In this document: piece by piece, positions 8,502 through 17,098 of the stretch
Layout of the letters: each line of letters starts with the position of its first letter
How positions within the stretch are numbered: position 1 is the stretch's first letter
Source of the DNA: an uncultured Chloroflexia bacterium
GTDB taxonomy: Bacteria; Chloroflexota; Ktedonobacteria; Ktedonobacterales; JADMIN01
Length of the DNA stretch: 32,000 nucleotides
NCBI GenBank assembly: GCA_963718915.1
Contig: CAVRAI010000007.1
Location: forward strand, 465,668 to 497,667
Reading direction: 5' to 3'
Notes under the pieces: generated by a model
Seen by the model: only the letters and a program-made list of their open reading frames with translations
Told to the model about the DNA's origin: nothing
Database searches by the model: none
Program-made: the position numbers and the translations under genes

Positions 8502-9641
8502 ATGTCTCCAGCACCAGCGGCCACCCCCAATCCACCTACGCCTGAATGGCTCACGCATGCGCTTCGCCTGGCGGGCGCGCTGACCTCTGGATACGTGACG
8601 GACGTCGATGATAGCGCTAACGACGCCTTCAACTCCACTGCCCTCCACCTGCGTCTCACCTATTCTCCTGATGCGCCGCCAGATATGCCATTGCGGCTGT
8701 TTTTTAAGCGCAATCTTCCGCAGGCATGGGCGATTCGCGCCGGGAAGCGAGAAGTCGCGTTCTATCAGATAGCAGCCACGATGGCAGACCGTCTGCCGAT
8801 GCTGGCGCCCTGTTATGGATCAGCGTACGACGACGCAAGTGGCGACTCCTGGCTGCTCTTGCGCGATGTCTCGGCGACACATACGCCGCCTGTCAACCGC
8901 GAGCAATTGATTGCGTGCAGCGGCGTCCCGCCCGATGAGCAACTCGCGGCGATTGTCGAGGCGTTGGCCGGCCTCCACGCCGCCTGGTGGGAGCATCCGG
9001 CGCTGGGAACAGACGCACTGCTCGTCAGCGAATGGTATCGCGACCGGGCTAGCTTCGAGGCGACGTTAGACCAGTTCACCGAGACCTGGGACGCATTTCA
9101 GCAGGCAGATGGCGAGACACCGTCTGCCTCAACAAGGGCGCTCTGCAACGAGGCATTGGCGGCCCTGCCGCACCTGTGGGAGCAGCGGCTGGCGGAGCGC
9201 ATAGCCGCGCGGCGGCAACTCACCATCAGCCATGGGGACTGCTATCTGAGCCAGTTCCTCTGTCCGCTTCCCGGCTCATCGGACGCCGCAACGTATCTCA
9301 TCGACTTTCAGGGCGCATGTGGTGACCTCCCCGCGATGGATCTCGTCTTCCTCTTCGCGACGTTCTGGACACCCCAGCAGCGCCACGAGGACCAGCGCGA
9401 GCAACGACTGCTGCGCGCCTATCACAACGCGCTTACGCGGTATGGCATCCCCGGCTATACCTGGGATGACCTGGTGAGCGACTATCGTATCGCGTTGGCC
9501 TTCATGCTCTTCTATCCGGTCTGGGATGCGTGCAACGGCTCCAGCGGGGACTACTGGGAGCCAAAGCTCCGCTGCCTCGCGAGAGCGGCGGATGACTGGC
9601 AGTGTCGCGCGCTCTTCGCCGACGTGATGTCGCACGCCTAA
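8502..9641 (+). CDS. Phosphotransferase-family kinase (APH / ecdysteroid-kinase-like)
   Basis: ATG 8502 after GGAAGGGA. Catalytic-loop-like [10 protein letters not shown] and metal-binding IDFQG...DL motifs. The usual Asn of HGDxxxxN is Gln here. Confidence 0.75.
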   Translation: MSPAPAATPNPPTPEWLTHALRLAGALTSGYVTDVDDSANDAFNSTALHLRLTYSPDAPPDMPLRLFFKRNLPQAWAIRAGKREVAFYQIAATMADRLPMLAPCYGSAYDDASGDSWLLLRDVSATHTPPVNREQLIACSGVPPDEQLAAIVEALAGLHAAWWEHPALGTDALLVSEWYRDRASFEATLDQFTETWDAFQQADGETPSASTRALCNEALAALPHLWEQRLAERIAARRQLTISHGDCYLSQFLCPLPGSSDAATYLIDFQGACGDLPAMDLVFLFATFWTPQQRHEDQREQRLLRAYHNALTRYGIPGYTWDDLVSDYRIALAFMLFYPVWDACNGSSGDYWEPKLRCLARAADDWQCRALFADVMSHA

Positions 9642-10081
9642 GCGTCGTCGCCCGCGCCGACAATCGCCTCGGCCTCGATCTCCACCAGCAGCGCCGAATC
9701 GATCAGGCGGCTCACCTCGATCATCGTCGACGCGGGCCGAATCTCGCGGAAGAATTCGCCGTGCGCCCTGCCGATGGCTTCCCAGTTAGCGATGTTGGTC
9801 ACATAGATGCGCGTGCGCACGACATCGCGCATACTCGCGCCCAACTCCGTCAGAGCGGCCTCGATGATGCGCAGCGCCTGTGTCGCCTGGGCAGCGGCGT
9901 CCCCTGGCCCGACGACCGCGCCACTGACGTCAACCCCGGTCGTACCCGCTACATGGATAACCTGACCGACCCGCACCGCGCGCGAGTACCCAACAATCTC
10001 CTCCCAGGGTCGCCCCGAACTGACGTTTTGTCGTGGCATATTTCCAGCGTCCCTTTCTGAGCTATTTGCGCTTCCGCTCAC
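9638..10081 (-). CDS. RidA/YjgF/L-PSP family protein
   Basis: Typical family C-terminus ...[48 protein letters not shown]. An alternative start is ATG 10039. The stop overlaps the convergent kinase stop. Confidence 0.85.
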   Translation of the reverse strand: MSGSANSSERDAGNMPRQNVSSGRPWEEIVGYSRAVRVGQVIHVAGTTGVDVSGAVVGPGDAAAQATQALRIIEAALTELGASMRDVVRTRIYVTNIANWEAIGRAHGEFFREIRPASTMIEVSRLIDSALLVEIEAEAIVGAGDDA

Positions 10082-10232
10082 CTATCATCCTATCATCTAT
10101 TGTCATCCGTCGTGACCATCCCGACTCTGCGGAGTACTGGTAAAAATCAGGCTGGAGAGCCTCAGAAGCAGCCTTTCACTCGCGTTGTGAGGCAATCAGG
10201 CAGGAATTTGCTCAAAAATTCGCCTGAAAGGC

Positions 10233-10261
10233 TTGTATCCCCTGAATCATCATGGTATACT
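10233..10261 (+). promoter_or_regulatory. Strong sigma70-type promoter with extended -10
   Basis: -35 TTGTAT (10233-10238), 17-bp spacer, TGg-TATACT (-10 at 10256-10261). Confidence 0.55.
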
Positions 10262-10262
10262 T

Positions 10263-10296
10263 GCGCGCGAAAGCATCCTGTATGTCTTTCGCGCGC
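10263..10296. promoter_or_regulatory. 11-bp perfect inverted repeat overlapping the predicted transcription start (operator or 5' stem-loop)
   Basis: GCGCGCGAAAG (10263-10273) / CTTTCGCGCGC (10286-10296) with a 12-nt spacer, immediately after the -10 element. Confidence 0.5.
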
Positions 10297-10479
10297 GGTC
10301 GTTTTCCGCGCGTGCGTCAGCGAACGCTAGCGATGGCCTGGCATGCATCGGCCTCTTTTCGGGACGATACCCGCGGCTTCTCTACAGCGTTTCCCCAGTA
10401 TTGGGTCTGCCCCATTGATATGGGGCCGTGTTGGTCCGGACGCTAGAGGCGTGGCCGGACCGGAAAGAGGGTTAGAATT

Positions 10480-10821
10480 TTGGCCACCGATCAGACACTC
10501 CGATGCCGCGACTGCGGTCGTGACTTCGTGTTCACGGCGGGCGAGCAGGAGTTTTATGCCAGCAAAGGGCTGACACACACTCCCGCGCGTTGCCCGGAGT
10601 GCCGCACGGCGCGTAAATCGTCCATGTCCGGCGGATATGGCGGCGAGCGTGCTCCCCGTCAGATGTACACTGCCGTCTGCTCGAATTGCGGCGGTGAGGC
10701 GCGCGTGCCCTTCCAGCCGCGCGGCGACAAGCCGGTTTATTGCAGCGATTGTTACGCCCAGATGGGCGGGGGCGCCCGTGGGGGCGCGCGCAGCGGCGGT
10801 GGCTACAGCACCGGCTGGTAG
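10480..10821 (+). CDS. CxxC-x17-CxxC zinc-ribbon protein with Gly-rich tail
   Basis: TTG start after GAAAGAGGG. Two units, CRDCG..x17..CPEC and CSNCG..x17..CSDC. A clean intrinsic terminator follows. Confidence 0.8.
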   Translation: MATDQTLRCRDCGRDFVFTAGEQEFYASKGLTHTPARCPECRTARKSSMSGGYGGERAPRQMYTAVCSNCGGEARVPFQPRGDKPVYCSDCYAQMGGGARGGARSGGGYSTGW

Positions 10822-10850
10822 TTCATCGCATCACTCGCACAACGCTGGAG

Positions 10851-10881
10851 GCGCTCGATTTTCAGATCGGGCGCTTTTTTT
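10851..10881 (+). terminator. Rho-independent terminator
   Basis: Stem GCGCTCGAT (10851-10859) / ATCGGGCGC (10866-10874) with one G-U pair, 6-nt loop, then TTTTTTT (10875-10881). Confidence 0.75.
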
Positions 10882-10934
10882 CTCGTATATCGCATTTCGT
10901 CCTCATCGGACATGCACTGGTCACTGGAATTTTC

Positions 10935-11789
10935 ATGCTCTCTTCAGCGATTCCTTTCTCCGAACGCTATCGGCTGGTCGTCGTAGATGTGGATGGCACC
11001 CTGCTTGATACCCAGCATCAGCTTCCACAGCGTGTCGCCGCCGCTATCCACGCAACGCGGCAACATGGCCTCGCTGTGGCGCTGGCCACGGGTAAGATGC
11101 TCCGCTCGGTTCGCCCATTGATCGAAGCAATGGACCTGCGCGGGCCACAGATTACGCTCAACGGCGCGGCGCTCGTGCTCGCCGAGACGGGCGAGCCGCT
11201 GGTCTATCATCCGCTACGTCAGGAAGATCGGCGTGTCGCGATTGAGCTGACACGCGCATCTGCCCCGGACGTGCTCATCACGCACTTTATGCTGGATACC
11301 ATCTTGGTCGATCAGCCGGATCATCCGCTGCTGCCGGTCTTGCTCTCGTATGGCGAGAAGCAGATTACGGCCGTCCCCTCGCTGCTGGCCGACGATCTGC
11401 CACCCGCCGCCAAGATTCTGCTTGTAGGCACGCATGAACAACTCGGCAACCTGCGGCGCGTCGTCACACCAGTGCTGGAGCCGCGCGTCATCGTCACCAC
11501 CACCGCGCCTGATTTTCTTGAGTTCTTCGACCCGGCGGCGGGCAAAGGCAACGGACTGGCGGCGCTACTCGACGTCTTGAAGCTGCCGCATGATGCCGTC
11601 ATTGCCATCGGCGATGGCGAGAACGATTTGCCACTGTTTGCGCAGGCCGGGCTGTCCGTCGCGATGGGCAACGCCAGCGCATCTGTTCAGCAGGCGGCCG
11701 ACCTAGTGATCGGCAGCAACGATGCAGCGGGTGTCGCCGACTTTCTGGACGACCTGCTACAAGCGCGCATGACGCACGCAGGCGACTGA
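10935..11789 (+). CDS. Cof-type HAD-IIB family hydrolase (sugar-phosphatase-like)
   Basis: VVDVDGTLLD (motif I) and GDGENDLPLF (motif IV). The ORF-track start at 10740 overlaps the zinc-ribbon gene and terminator, so ATG 10935 is preferred. Confidence 0.85.
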   Translation: MLSSAIPFSERYRLVVVDVDGTLLDTQHQLPQRVAAAIHATRQHGLAVALATGKMLRSVRPLIEAMDLRGPQITLNGAALVLAETGEPLVYHPLRQEDRRVAIELTRASAPDVLITHFMLDTILVDQPDHPLLPVLLSYGEKQITAVPSLLADDLPPAAKILLVGTHEQLGNLRRVVTPVLEPRVIVTTTAPDFLEFFDPAAGKGNGLAALLDVLKLPHDAVIAIGDGENDLPLFAQAGLSVAMGNASASVQQAADLVIGSNDAAGVADFLDDLLQARMTHAGD

Positions 11790-11828
11790 GGGATTTTCCC
11801 GCTTCGGGCGGCGGCCCTCTCCCCGTAA

Positions 11829-11852
11829 CCTCCTCCCTTTTAGGGGAGGGGG
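11829..11852. repeat. G/C hairpin repeat (CCTCC..GGAGG type)
   Basis: CCTCCTCCC-TTTTAG-GGGAGGGGG. Related to the perfect hairpin at 22323-22343. Confidence 0.7.
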
Positions 11853-11868
11853 AATCAGACACAGATCC

Positions 11869-11915
11869 CTCTGGCTCCCCCCTCTCCTCGTAGGAGAGGG
11901 GCTGGGGGTGAGGTC
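11869..11915 (-). repeat. Hairpin repeat family copy A (inverted orientation)
   Basis: The reverse complement reads GACCTCACCCCCAGCCCCTCTCCTACGAGGAGAGGGGGGAGCCAGAG. It matches the copies at 22248, 22380 and 23883. Core hairpin is CCCCTCTCC/GGAGAGGGG. Confidence 0.85.
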
Positions 11916-11933
11916 AGCCCCTCGCCACCTTCG

Positions 11934-13547
11934 TCAGTCCGCGACGGGAATCGATGGCTCGGCGCCCGACTCTTCGGTTGCTTCGAGCCGCGATGTGCGG
12001 CCCTCCCATTTGAACGGCCAGCCAGGAAGCAGCGCCCCCAGCGCCATCGCCAGCAGGGCGAAGTAGAAAGTCAGCTTATAGGCGTTTTCGTAGCCTTTGA
12101 TACTCTGCTGGCAGGCCTCCTGAAGCAGCGCCGCCAACTGCCGCGGAGATGGGCCGCCAGGAGCGCCCGTCGTCGGCGGCGTTGTCGGTATCGAAGCGGG
12201 CAGCGGCTGGCAGAGCGCGATGGGTGTTGCGCCGGAGCTTCGTGGCTGATCGAGGACAGTATTCTGATACTGCCTGATCTCTGATGACAACGCGGTCGCC
12301 AGGATCGTGGCCAGCACCGCGACGCCGATAGACTGCACCACCTGTCGCGTCGCGTTCGAGAGGGAAGACGCCCGTGAATACTCGCGCTTCGTCACGACCG
12401 AGAGCGCCGCGACGACCGTCGTCTGTACCGTCAGCCCGAGCGCGAGACCCCGAATCGCCAGCAGCGCGAGAATCCAGCCAATGGAGGTATCCGCCGTGAG
12501 CTGCGAGAACTGCCAGGTGTTGAGCGCCAGCAAGCCAAAGCCGACCACCATCAGTGGGCGCGCGCCGACTTTGTCATAGAGCTTGCCAGCCAGCGGCACG
12601 ACGACACCGGAAGCGAGGGCCAGCGGCAACAGGATCACGCCAGTTTCAAGCGCGCTCTTGCCGCGCAGGGTCTGCAAATAGAGCGGCAGCAGGAACTCCG
12701 CGCCAAAGAGCGCCACCACCGAGACATAGCCGACGACAGTCGCATTCAGGAAGACGGGGCGCTTGAAGAGCCGCAGATCGAGCAGCGGATCGCGCGCGAC
12801 GAACAGCTCGATCAGAGTGAAGATAAGCAGCCCCACGCCCCCAATGGCGAAGAATACCAGCACTTTGGTGGATGTCCAGCCATCGTCGGCGGCAATCGAG
12901 GCGGCATAGAGGACTGAGCCAAAGCCAATTGTGGAGAAGATCAGGCCGAGCCAGTCGAAGACGGGGACGCGCTCGCTTCGCTGCTCCCGCAGAATCCGCG
13001 ACGCCAGGACGATGCCAAGTAATCCAATTGGCACATTGATAAAGAAGATGAAACGCCACAGATCCTGGTCAACCAGCCAGCCGCCCAGAATCGGGCCTAA
13101 TGCGGGCGCGACCACCAGGGCGATCCCGAAGATGCCATAGGCAAGCCCCTGTTCCTCCGGCTTGAACGCCCCGAAGAGCAGCGCCGTGCCCAAAGGGAGA
13201 CTGAAACCGCCGCCTATACCTTGCACCGCGCGCGCCGCGATCAGGATGAAGATGTTTGAGGTAGGCGCGAACCCGCAGGCGAGCGAGCCCAGCACGAACA
13301 GGATCAGACCCAGCACATAGATGCGCTTGAGTCCGAAGCGGTCGCCCAGAAATCCCGCCAGCGGCGTACTGATGCCCAGCGCCATGGTATAGAGGCTGAT
13401 GATCCATTGCGTGTCGCTCAGGCTGGTCTGGAATTCCTCGCGAATGGTCGCCAGCGCGACATTGACAACGGTTGAGTCGAGAATGACCATGAAGATGCCA
13501 AAGATGACCGAGATCAGGACACCCCATTTGTAGTCGAGTCGCCGCAT
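11934..13547 (-). CDS. MFS transporter, DHA2 (EmrB/QacA-like, 14-TMS) family
   Basis: 537 aa with many TM segments. N-terminal LDSTVVNVALATIREEF signature. RBS GGAGGGAGGAG. Confidence 0.9.
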   Translation of the reverse strand: MRRLDYKWGVLISVIFGIFMVILDSTVVNVALATIREEFQTSLSDTQWIISLYTMALGISTPLAGFLGDRFGLKRIYVLGLILFVLGSLACGFAPTSNIFILIAARAVQGIGGGFSLPLGTALLFGAFKPEEQGLAYGIFGIALVVAPALGPILGGWLVDQDLWRFIFFINVPIGLLGIVLASRILREQRSERVPVFDWLGLIFSTIGFGSVLYAASIAADDGWTSTKVLVFFAIGGVGLLIFTLIELFVARDPLLDLRLFKRPVFLNATVVGYVSVVALFGAEFLLPLYLQTLRGKSALETGVILLPLALASGVVVPLAGKLYDKVGARPLMVVGFGLLALNTWQFSQLTADTSIGWILALLAIRGLALGLTVQTTVVAALSVVTKREYSRASSLSNATRQVVQSIGVAVLATILATALSSEIRQYQNTVLDQPRSSGATPIALCQPLPASIPTTPPTTGAPGGPSPRQLAALLQEACQQSIKGYENAYKLTFYFALLAMALGALLPGWPFKWEGRTSRLEATEESGAEPSIPVAD

Positions 13548-13596
13548 AGCAGGTTGCTCCTCCCTCCAGCGGGCATGACGAATCTAGTTCGGCAAT

Positions 13597-13626
13597 AATA
13601 TACCGTTCGGTATACGAATCTGACAA
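13597..13626 (-). promoter_or_regulatory. Promoter of the MFS gene with embedded inverted repeat (candidate operator)
   Basis: Minus strand reads TTGTCA-18 bp-TATATT. The inverted repeat TATACCG-TT-CGGTATA (13599-13614) lies in the spacer and -10 region. Confidence 0.45.
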
Positions 13627-13667
13627 GACCTGCTGGAAGGCACATTGCTTGTCGCGTGCAGCAGGCG

Positions 13668-15152
13668 TCAGTCGCCAGCAGCCGGGGTGGTTGCATTCGG
13701 CAGTGCGGGGCGGCGCGTATGCCACGAGGTCACTCGCTGGTAGGCGTGGCCGAGCCGGAGGATGGGCGCCTCGCCGAAGCGTGATCCAATGATCTGCAAG
13801 CCGATGGGCAACCCATTGCTGGTGAAGCCGCAGGGCAGCGAGAGGGCAGGCTGGCCGCTCAAGTTGAAGGGGAAAGTGCAGCGGAGATTACCCTCCGGCA
13901 CGATCTCGCCCCCGGCGCGCAGCGGCGTATCCGACTCATCGGCCAGCGGCGCGGGCAGAGCCATCGTCGGCGTCAGCAAGACGTCCACCTGCTCCATCAG
14001 CGCCAGCATCTCCGCAGTGAATGCGCGGCGCGCCTGCTGGGCATGGATGTAGTCTCTGGCGGAAATCTCGGCGCCCGCCTCGATGTTCGCCCGCACCGTC
14101 GGCGCGTAGCGGTCGGCGCGCGTGGTGAGCCAGCCCATGTCGCTATGCCAGGTGTAGGCCTCGGGCCGCTGCACGCCGCGATAGACGCCGAAGAAGTCAT
14201 CCATCGCCGCGGGCATTGCCAGCTCGACGACTGACGCTCCCAGCGAGACGAAGACCTCGATGGCGGCGCGCACGGCAGCCTCAACCTCAGGATCGATTGG
14301 GCGGAAGAAATAGCTCGTGGGAACGCCGATTCGTGCGCCGCGGATGGCGGCTTCGGGCGTACGCGCATCGCTGAGCGCGGCGGTAAAGTTGAGTAGCGGC
14401 ACATCAACGCTATCGGGATCGCTGGGATCGTAGCCCGCCAGCACATCCAGCAACAGCGCGCAGTCCGCCACCGTGCGCGCCATCGGCCCGACGACATCGA
14501 GCGACCAGCTTAGTGGCACGATGCCCGTCCGGCTGACAAGGCCGTAGGTCGGCTTGAGGCCGGTGACGCCACAACACGCGGCGGGGATGCGGATGGAGCC
14601 GCCAGTATCGGTGCCGAGTGCGCCGGGGCAGTCTCCCACAGCCAGCGCCGCCGCCGAGCCGCCGCTGCTGCCGCCGGGGATGTGCGCCGTGTTCCAGGGG
14701 TTGCGCGTCGGTGGGGTGTAGGTGCCGAACGCGAACTCATGGGTATTGGTCTTACAGAGGGCAATGGCGCCTGCCTGTGTGAGCCGGGTGACGACCGTAG
14801 CGTCCACATCGGGAATCCAGTCATCCAGCACGCGCGAGCCCGCAGTGGTCAGGACGCCACGGGTCGCGATCAGATCCTTGAGGGCAATGGGCAATCCGTG
14901 CAGCGGACCAACCCGCGCCTTCGCCCGTATAGCGGCATCGGCCTCGCGTGCATGGGCGAGCGCGGCGTCAGCCATCACCGTGACGCAGGCGTGGAGCGCC
15001 GGTTCGGTCTCGGCGATGCGTCTCAGGCAGGCGGTCACCAGCTCCTCGCTGGTCAGCACGCCCGTGCGTATGGCGTCGCGCGCCTCGGTCAGCGTCATGG
15101 TTTCTGGGGTTTCTGGCGCGGGAGATTGGCTTGTCATGGCTCTTCCCATCAC
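13668..15152 (-). CDS. Amidase-signature family amidase (GatA-like)
   Basis: GGSSGGSAAALA signature within a Gly/Ser-rich AS core. 494 aa. The start could be any of M1, M2 or M6 (15152, 15149 or 15137). Confidence 0.9.
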   Translation of the reverse strand: MMGRAMTSQSPAPETPETMTLTEARDAIRTGVLTSEELVTACLRRIAETEPALHACVTVMADAALAHAREADAAIRAKARVGPLHGLPIALKDLIATRGVLTTAGSRVLDDWIPDVDATVVTRLTQAGAIALCKTNTHEFAFGTYTPPTRNPWNTAHIPGGSSGGSAAALAVGDCPGALGTDTGGSIRIPAACCGVTGLKPTYGLVSRTGIVPLSWSLDVVGPMARTVADCALLLDVLAGYDPSDPDSVDVPLLNFTAALSDARTPEAAIRGARIGVPTSYFFRPIDPEVEAAVRAAIEVFVSLGASVVELAMPAAMDDFFGVYRGVQRPEAYTWHSDMGWLTTRADRYAPTVRANIEAGAEISARDYIHAQQARRAFTAEMLALMEQVDVLLTPTMALPAPLADESDTPLRAGGEIVPEGNLRCTFPFNLSGQPALSLPCGFTSNGLPIGLQIIGSRFGEAPILRLGHAYQRVTSWHTRRPALPNATTPAAGD

Positions 15153-15228
15153 TGCTCACAAACGGCTCTTGCTCTCTCCTCAGCAGTATAGCCGATGTCC
15201 GCCACAGCAGTACATTACGCCCTTACCG

Positions 15229-15256
15229 TTTGACAGCATTCGGACGCTGAGTATAC
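15229..15256 (+). promoter_or_regulatory. Sigma70-type promoter, TTGACA-16 bp-TATACT
   Basis: -35 at 15229-15234 and -10 at 15251-15256. Drives the small ORF at 15380. Confidence 0.5.
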
Positions 15257-15379
15257 TGGTGCGCAGGATTTCTGTTTACGACTATTCCCGCTATTCCGGG
15301 CGGCGTTTCGTCTGTAGCGCGGTGTTCGTAGTTCCTGGCTGCTATTGAGCCTGTGTCGGTTCATTCCAGGGAGCAAGAC

Positions 15380-15556
15380 ATGCCACAAATCTTCGCTGCC
15401 GCAATTCCCTCGCCATCGTCATCTTCATCGGCAGACCGACGCGCGCGGGCGTTGAAGATCCATGGACGCCGGGTATTGCTGGCTATCCTCATCCTGCTAG
15501 CGATTCTGCTGGCGCTGGCGTTTCTGCCTGACCTTGCGCAGGCGGCAAACCTCTGA
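15380..15556 (+). CDS. Candidate small (58-aa) single-TM protein
   Basis: ATG 15380 lies 6 nt after AGGGAG. Ser-rich and basic N-terminus, then the hydrophobic helix VLLAILILLAILLALAFL. A near-consensus promoter lies 120 nt upstream. No homology recognised. Confidence 0.4.
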   Translation: MPQIFAAAIPSPSSSSSADRRARALKIHGRRVLLAILILLAILLALAFLPDLAQAANL

Positions 15557-15591
15557 GTTCCATCGTGACGGCAACCGCCACAAAGTTGCCT

Positions 15592-16929
15592 TTAGATATC
15601 GGCCAGCCGAATGCGAAACAATCCCGGCGGCGTAGCGTCTGTGGCGCCCTCCCAGAAGCGCGAGACGTAGAGGTACGTCGCGCCATCCCGACTGCCTGCC
15701 GCCTGCCCCTGCCAGCATAACCCACAGCTTTCACGGGCAGTCACATCCAGTGGCGACGCCGCTGCCTTCCAGGTGCGGGCAACCGGATCCCAGACCCATA
15801 ACCAGAACTTCGACATTGACGTGGAGGCCGCATTACTCACTGGCGGCAGCCCAATTTGCGGATCAGTTCCCCACACCGCCAGCCGTCCATCTGGTAGCAC
15901 GTCGAGCGCCTGCAGGATGCCCGCCCGTAGGTCGCTCGCGCCAGCGACCGGCAGCGGCGGCAAGAGCGTCCAGCTATGCCCATCGGCGCTCATCACAACA
16001 CGTTCGCGATAGAGAGATGAGGGAAGTTGCTCATGTTCGAGCGCATAGAAGGGGCGGTTCGCTGTCGGCCACGCGCTTCCCTGAGGTGGCGACGCGAGCA
16101 GGAATGTTCCCACACCATCGGGCAGCGTGCTTGTCTGATGCCAGGCGCCGCCCGCATCGGTCGAGGTCAAGAGTCCCGTGCTGGTTGTGTCAGGATAATG
16201 CAGTACGGTCATGGCCAGTGTATCGCCTGGGCCAATAGCTGGCATGAAGAAGAGCGTGTTCTCGCCCAGCCCGCGATCTGCCCGCACCCAGCTAGCCCCG
16301 TCGTCGTCGCTGCGTTCGAGCAGGCTGACCTGGGGCGTCTGTCCAGATAACTCATAGCTATAGGCAAGGTACAGATGACGCCGTGTCACGTGAAGGTCGC
16401 ACCAGCCAAAAGTGGCGCTTGTGGGCACAATCGAGATGTGCGCCGGAAGCTGCCGCCATGTCACACCCTCATCATTGCTGAGGTAGAAGACATCGCGCGC
16501 GCAGAATGGCCCATCCTGCGCCGATGGATGCACCTGAAATGTGACGCGCTGCGGATCATCAGGAGCGATAGAGAAGGAACATTGATCTTGTGGGCCAAGC
16601 GTGAGGGGATAGCGTGCCCAGTGGGCGCCAGCGTCGGTGGAACGCCAGAATGCCATCGGTTGCGCGCTACACGCAAAGAGCAGCGCGGCGTCCGTTGGCG
16701 CGGCGGCAAACCCGCGCATGTCAGCAGCCTCCGCTGGCAGCGCCACCTGCTCCCATGCGTTCGCGGTCAGACGTTGCGGCGCGTGCAGGCTCACCGACGA
16801 CGTAGCTGCCAGCGACGATGTGGATGGTTCGCATGCCACACTGCCCAGCGCTACGATGAGCAGCAGAACCACGCACCCAGCCCAGCGCGCCGACAGCCAA
16901 AAGGGTTTTGCGCGCAACCGTACATGCAT
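15592..16929 (-). CDS. Secreted BNR/Asp-box repeat beta-propeller protein (Ycf48/sialidase-like fold)
   Basis: Asp-box motifs STDAGAHW, SNDEGVTW, SDDDGASW, STDAGGAW and SADGHSW. ATG 16929 (after GGGAGGGAG) gives a signal/lipoprotein-like N-terminus ending ..ALGSVAC. The ORF-track start at 17073 seems too long. Confidence 0.75.
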   Translation of the reverse strand: MHVRLRAKPFWLSARWAGCVVLLLIVALGSVACEPSTSSLAATSSVSLHAPQRLTANAWEQVALPAEAADMRGFAAAPTDAALLFACSAQPMAFWRSTDAGAHWARYPLTLGPQDQCSFSIAPDDPQRVTFQVHPSAQDGPFCARDVFYLSNDEGVTWRQLPAHISIVPTSATFGWCDLHVTRRHLYLAYSYELSGQTPQVSLLERSDDDGASWVRADRGLGENTLFFMPAIGPGDTLAMTVLHYPDTTSTGLLTSTDAGGAWHQTSTLPDGVGTFLLASPPQGSAWPTANRPFYALEHEQLPSSLYRERVVMSADGHSWTLLPPLPVAGASDLRAGILQALDVLPDGRLAVWGTDPQIGLPPVSNAASTSMSKFWLWVWDPVARTWKAAASPLDVTARESCGLCWQGQAAGSRDGATYLYVSRFWEGATDATPPGLFRIRLADI

Positions 16930-17098
16930 GAGGAATGTGCTCCCTCCCGCCAGCGTAACAGAGACGACGACAATGCCGTCCGTTCGCCATTGTACCAAGT
17001 ATACGCGGCAGGCTGGGCGGACGCATCCGGTAAACACCGTACTCTCGTCTGCGGCAAATACCTTAGTGCGCACGGTCGAACGAGTCGGCGGGCGAACG

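Noticed and set aside
9638-9641. Convergent kinase and RidA genes whose stop codons overlap (CTAA: TAA on +, TAG on -), leaving no room for terminators.
   Set aside because: It is real in the sequence but a common compaction feature. No further structure supports a regulatory role.
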